Origin: a virus
Lineage: Duplodnaviria; Heunggongvirae; Uroviricota; Caudoviricetes
Reading direction: 5' to 3' (one strand)
Virus record (IMG/VR): IMGVR_UViG_2541047861_000010
Coordinates: 1-39,308 of that record
DNA length: 39,308 nucleotides
The position numbers and the translations under genes are program-made. This document shows, piece after piece, positions 36,731 to 39,308 of the stretch. The first letter of the stretch is position 1, and each line of letters begins with the position of its first letter. The notes under the pieces were generated by a model that ran no database searches, was not told the origin of the DNA, and saw only the letters and a list, made by a program, of their open reading frames with translations.

Positions 36731-37006
36731 TTAACGTGGTTCACCGAGACCTAACCACATCAACCAGCCGTCACGAATCTCTTTAGGACGGCTTTCATAA
36801 GCCAGTTTTAGTCCGTTATTCCATGCCGGAAGGTATACCCAATATTCACCAGCACGCCCCGATACTGACTGAGGGTCAGTAATCTCAATAACTGGTAATT
36901 TCCCTTTCTCAATCATGCCCCTTACAGCTCTTGGAGTTTTACCAATGAGTTTTGCAAACTCCTGATAAGGCACGGCATCAGTCACGCTTACAAGCTGTCT
37001 ATTCAT
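36731..37006 (-). CDS. cox: Cox excisionase / early-operon regulator (91 aa)
   Basis: 91 aa; divergent from C across the switch region; P2 Cox length and position. Confidence 0.9.
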   Translation of the reverse strand: MNRQLVSVTDAVPYQEFAKLIGKTPRAVRGMIEKGKLPVIEITDPQSVSGRAGEYWVYLPAWNNGLKLAYESRPKEIRDGWLMWLGLGEPR

Positions 37007-37127
37007 CTGCTACGATTCTCCCTTAGTGCTTCTAATGGCTCCTAATGGCTAATTATTGCCTAAAAGGATAACTCCAGAAGCACAATATTTCACACTATCA
37101 GCAAGAAATTACGCAATCGGAGTAATT
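37007..37127. promoter_or_regulatory. Lysis/lysogeny switch region (Pe/Pc) with tandem direct repeat CTAATGGCT x2 as candidate C operators
   Basis: Intergenic region between divergent cox and C; CTAATGGCT occurs at 37032-37040 and 37042-37050 (10-bp period). P2 C is known to bind direct repeats near Pe. Confidence 0.5.
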
Positions 37128-37427
37128 ATGTCAATAGACGTTTCGGAGAAGTTGAAGCTAATCCGTGAATCTGAAAGGTTAAACCGTAAAGAATTCAGTG
37201 AATTAACTGGTGTAGCCTACAGCTCACTTTCGAGCTATGAGAGCCGGTCAAAAAACGCTGGAGTTGAAGCCATAATGAAGGTCTTACAACATCCCAGATT
37301 TACTAAATATACTTTGTGGTTCATGACTGATCAGGTAGCTCCAGAAGCCGGGCAAATTGCGCCCGCTCTCGCACACTTTGGGCAAAACGAAACAACGTCG
37401 CCCCACTCCGGTCAAAAGACTGGTTAA
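37128..37427 (+). CDS. C: Immunity repressor C (99 aa)
   Basis: Start at MSIDVSEKLKLIRESERL with GGAG 8 nt upstream; the C-terminal half is close to P2 C as I recall it (FTKYTLWFMT...QIAPALAHFGQNETTSPHSGQKTG). Confidence 0.85.
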   Translation: MSIDVSEKLKLIRESERLNRKEFSELTGVAYSSLSSYESRSKNAGVEAIMKVLQHPRFTKYTLWFMTDQVAPEAGQIAPALAHFGQNETTSPHSGQKTG

Positions 37428-37542
37428 CAATTTATCGTGAATATATTCATCACAAGTGCCTACTATTGGTGGCTAAATTTCAGCCACCACGAAAAAAGCG
37501 ATTAGTAGTAGCAAAAAAAAGTACCACTCGGAGGGTTTTCTG

Positions 37543-38556
37543 ATGGCAATCAAAAAACTCGATGATGGTCGATATGAAGTGGACATCCGCCCTACTGGAC
37601 GTAACGGAAAACGCATCCGTAGGAAGTTTGATAAGAAAAGCGAAGCTGTCGCTTTCGAAAAATACACGTTGTACAACCACCACAATAAAGAATGGCTATC
37701 AAAACCAACAGACAAACGACGTCTGTCGGAACTGACACAGATCTGGTGGGATTTAAAGGGTAAACACGAAGAGCATGGGAAATCTAATCTTGGAAAAATT
37801 GAAATCTTCACAAAAATAACGAATGACCCATGCGCATTTCAAATCACGAAATCCCTTATCAGCCAGTACTGCGCCACCCGAAGAAGTCAGGGTATTAAAC
37901 CTTCGAGTATCAATCGTGATTTAACATGTATTAGCGGCATGTTTACAGCCCTGATTGAAGCGGAGTTATTCTTTGGTGAGCACCCTATCAGAGGGACAAA
38001 GAGGCTTAAGGAGGAAAAACCAGAAACAGGCTATCTCACACAGGAAGAAATTGCCTTACTGCTTGCAGCACTTGACGGCGACAACAAAAAGATTGCGATT
38101 CTTTGCCTGAGTACAGGAGCACGTTGGGGAGAAGCAGCTCGTTTGAAAGCAGAAAATATCATCCATAACCGCGTCACGTTTGTTAAAACGAAAACAAACA
38201 AACCACGCACCGTCCCGATCTCAGAGGCTGTTGCCAAAATGATCGCGGATAACAAACGAGGTTTTTTATTCCCTGATGCTGATTACCCTCGCTTCAGACG
38301 AACAATGAAAGCAATAAAACCGGATTTGCCAACGGGGCAAGCCACACATGCACTAAGGCACAGCTTTGCCACTCATTTCATGATTAATGGAGGAAGTATT
38401 ATCACGCTACAACGGATACTAGGTCACACGCGGATTGAGCAAACTATGGTTTACGCTCATTTTGCGCCAGAGTACCTTCAGGACGCCATTTCTCTTAATC
38501 CGCTAAGAGGTGGTACTGAAGCCGAGAGTGTCCACACAGTGTCCACAGTAGAGTAA
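37543..38556 (+). CDS. int: Tyrosine integrase (337 aa)
   Basis: 337 aa with the tyrosine-recombinase C-terminal signature (HALRHSFATHF...LGH...YAH); GGAGGG RBS; adjacent to the att core. Confidence 0.95.
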   Translation: MAIKKLDDGRYEVDIRPTGRNGKRIRRKFDKKSEAVAFEKYTLYNHHNKEWLSKPTDKRRLSELTQIWWDLKGKHEEHGKSNLGKIEIFTKITNDPCAFQITKSLISQYCATRRSQGIKPSSINRDLTCISGMFTALIEAELFFGEHPIRGTKRLKEEKPETGYLTQEEIALLLAALDGDNKKIAILCLSTGARWGEAARLKAENIIHNRVTFVKTKTNKPRTVPISEAVAKMIADNKRGFLFPDADYPRFRRTMKAIKPDLPTGQATHALRHSFATHFMINGGSIITLQRILGHTRIEQTMVYAHFAPEYLQDAISLNPLRGGTEAESVHTVSTVE

Positions 38557-38635
38557 CGTTTAAGGGCTTTCAGTGGTAATTTATGCCGCTCAAACCCGCA
38601 TTGTACCGTTGAAAGCCCCTACTGGTGACACCCTA

Positions 38636-38663
38636 AATCTCCCTTACACGGGCTTATTTTTTA
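38636..38663. repeat. Prophage attachment-site core, int-proximal copy (28-bp direct repeat)
   Basis: AATCTCCCTTACACGGGCTTATTTTTTA identical to 6044-6071. Confidence 0.85.
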
Positions 38664-38990
38664 TGCATAAGCCCTATCCCTGGTCACCGTCTTCCATTGA
38701 CCACATCGATAGAATCCTCCTTCATAGCACGATGCTTTTCACTTATCGACATCGTGCTCGCACAGGTTCCGGTTACGCACAGCCAGAACGCGCATGTTTG
38801 ACGCTTACCAAAAAATGAACCTAAAGCATTGGAACATTTTTGACATCATTTTCTGATGGCTGCATAAAATAAAAATTCTGCTTTAGTTTCATCTATCTGT
38901 TTGTCATTATTACTCACATTCAATAATGGTGTTGAAGAATATCCCATCACAGATAAAATAAATATGTGCATGGTAGTCTTGAATCTATTC

Positions 38991-39308
38991 TCACTCTCCA
39001 CATTTGAATGTCAGACGAGCGACGCCATGTAATCCTGCACCTTCTGTCTTCAGGTCAACTATCTGCATTTTTTTGCCCTGAGTAACACAGAAATGAACTG
39101 CATCATTTTTTACTATATTTTCTGCACCAGATATTCTACCCCTGGCTAAAGAAGCTTCGGCTTCGGTGTAGTATTGGTTATCGAGTTTACGCTGAATATT
39201 ACTTTTATATGCAAGACCAAATTTACCGATACTTGTCTCATCATTATGTACAGCACACCCAGACATAAGAAAAACACTAATTAATGATATAGCAGCTATC
39301 TTTTTCAT
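38991..39308 (-). CDS. yegR: Lipoprotein YegR (105 aa)
   Basis: MKKIAAISLISVFLMSGCAVHNDETSIGKF... has a signal peptide with lipobox; matches recalled E. coli YegR in length and sequence. Start codon is at the window edge. Confidence 0.8.
   Translation of the reverse strand: MKKIAAISLISVFLMSGCAVHNDETSIGKFGLAYKSNIQRKLDNQYYTEAEASLARGRISGAENIVKNDAVHFCVTQGKKMQIVDLKTEGAGLHGVARLTFKCGE

Larger units (their letters stand above)
6044..38663 (-). mobile_element. Complete P2-like (Peduovirus-type) prophage, about 32.6 kb, integrated in the cyaR 3' end
   Basis: Bounded by 28-bp direct repeats; contains integrase, C/cox switch, replication genes B and A, cos, and the full set of P2 capsid, lysis and tail genes in canonical order, ending with ogr. 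Confidence 0.9.

Noticed and set aside
38573-38818. 81-aa plus-strand ORF spanning the int-proximal att core
   Set aside because: Crosses the recombination junction and has no RBS.
1-39308. CRISPR arrays, tRNA or rRNA genes, IS elements
   Set aside because: No regularly spaced direct repeats, no tRNA-like cloverleaf at either att site, and no transposase-like ORF or terminal inverted repeats were seen.

Overview
Enterobacterial (Escherichia-like) chromosomal segment carrying a complete P2-like prophage of about 32.6 kb (6044-38663) integrated into the 3' end of the sRNA gene cyaR and flanked by 28-bp direct repeats. All protein identifications come from reading the supplied translations and recalling family motifs and P2 gene order; nothing was database-checked. 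Layout left to right: an AT-rich three-gene operon of unknown function (1-4050, minus strand); yegQ/trhP (4538-5899); cyaR (5984-6070); the prophage in inverted orientation (ogr, D, U, T, E/E', FII, FI, G, H, I, J, W, V; a moron; S, R, lysC/B/A, K, Y, X, L, M, N, O; P, Q; cos; cargo; A, orf83-80, B, orf78, cox; C, int); then yegR (38991-39308). The strongest candidate for a novel system is the cargo at the P2 tin/old position between cos and gene A: an AT-rich, translationally coupled operon (29183-32470, minus strand) encoding a PP2C-type phosphatase, a Hanks-type Ser/Thr kinase with an FHA-like tail, and a second Ser/Thr kinase fused to a cold-shock-like domain. tin, old and Z/fun are absent. 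Secondary candidates are an AT-rich moron between V and S (18730-19473) and the three-gene island upstream of yegQ. No CRISPR array, tRNA, rRNA or transposase gene was seen.
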